Made by a program: the position numbers and the translations under genes. The notes beneath the pieces were generated by a model. The model was not told the origin of the DNA and did no database searches. It was given only the letters and a program-made list of their open reading frames with translations. From NCBI GenBank assembly GCA_051294375.1, contig JBJCIZ010000154.1:1-6649 (forward strand): a DNA stretch of 6,649 bases, read 5' to 3'. The DNA is from Paraspadella gotoi (lineage: Eukaryota > Animalia > Chaetognatha). Below are positions 6,493 through 6,649 of the stretch, in pieces. Each line of letters begins with the position of its first letter. Position 1 is the stretch's first letter.

Positions 6493-6649
6493 AATGTTTA
6501 TTTATTCTGATTAATTCTTAAATTTTTAATGTCATTATTAACGTGTCTATTGCTTCAATATATTATCATATCATAAAACTCGATCGACTAGTGAAGAACC
6601 AATAGTGAGACATATCCTGGTTTCATTTGTCTTTACTTTTTTCTTTTAT

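Overview
AT-rich, repeat-dense eukaryotic DNA, most likely from an invertebrate (inference). There are no prokaryotic operon, RBS or CRISPR features, and no intact, confidently nameable gene. Contents in order: (1) degenerate telomere-like repeats facing outward at 1-21 and 1058-1090; (2) between them a 16-bp hairpin, a 21-bp minisatellite and a minus-strand tRNA-derived (SINE-like) head; (3) a GC-rich plus-strand frame at 1598/1727-2131 with polyQ and a helical C-terminus, interrupted only by TGA codons; (4) a ~2-kb Helentron/HINE (DINE-1)-like composite at 2723-4738 with a 5' hairpin, a (GTCC)n microsatellite, ~7 diverged copies of a ~120-bp core and a nested ~17-bp minisatellite; (5) GA-rich and AAAATAC simple repeats; (6) a second GC-rich island at 5870-6490, where one frame carries collinear but compressed, stop-interrupted trypsin (S1A)-like motifs. 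All calls are by eye and no database search was run. I cannot demonstrate a new system. The best leads are the tRNA-headed, terminator-free ~550-nt unit that ends next to telomere-like repeats, the compressed trypsin-like relic, and the TGA-only-interrupted ORF.
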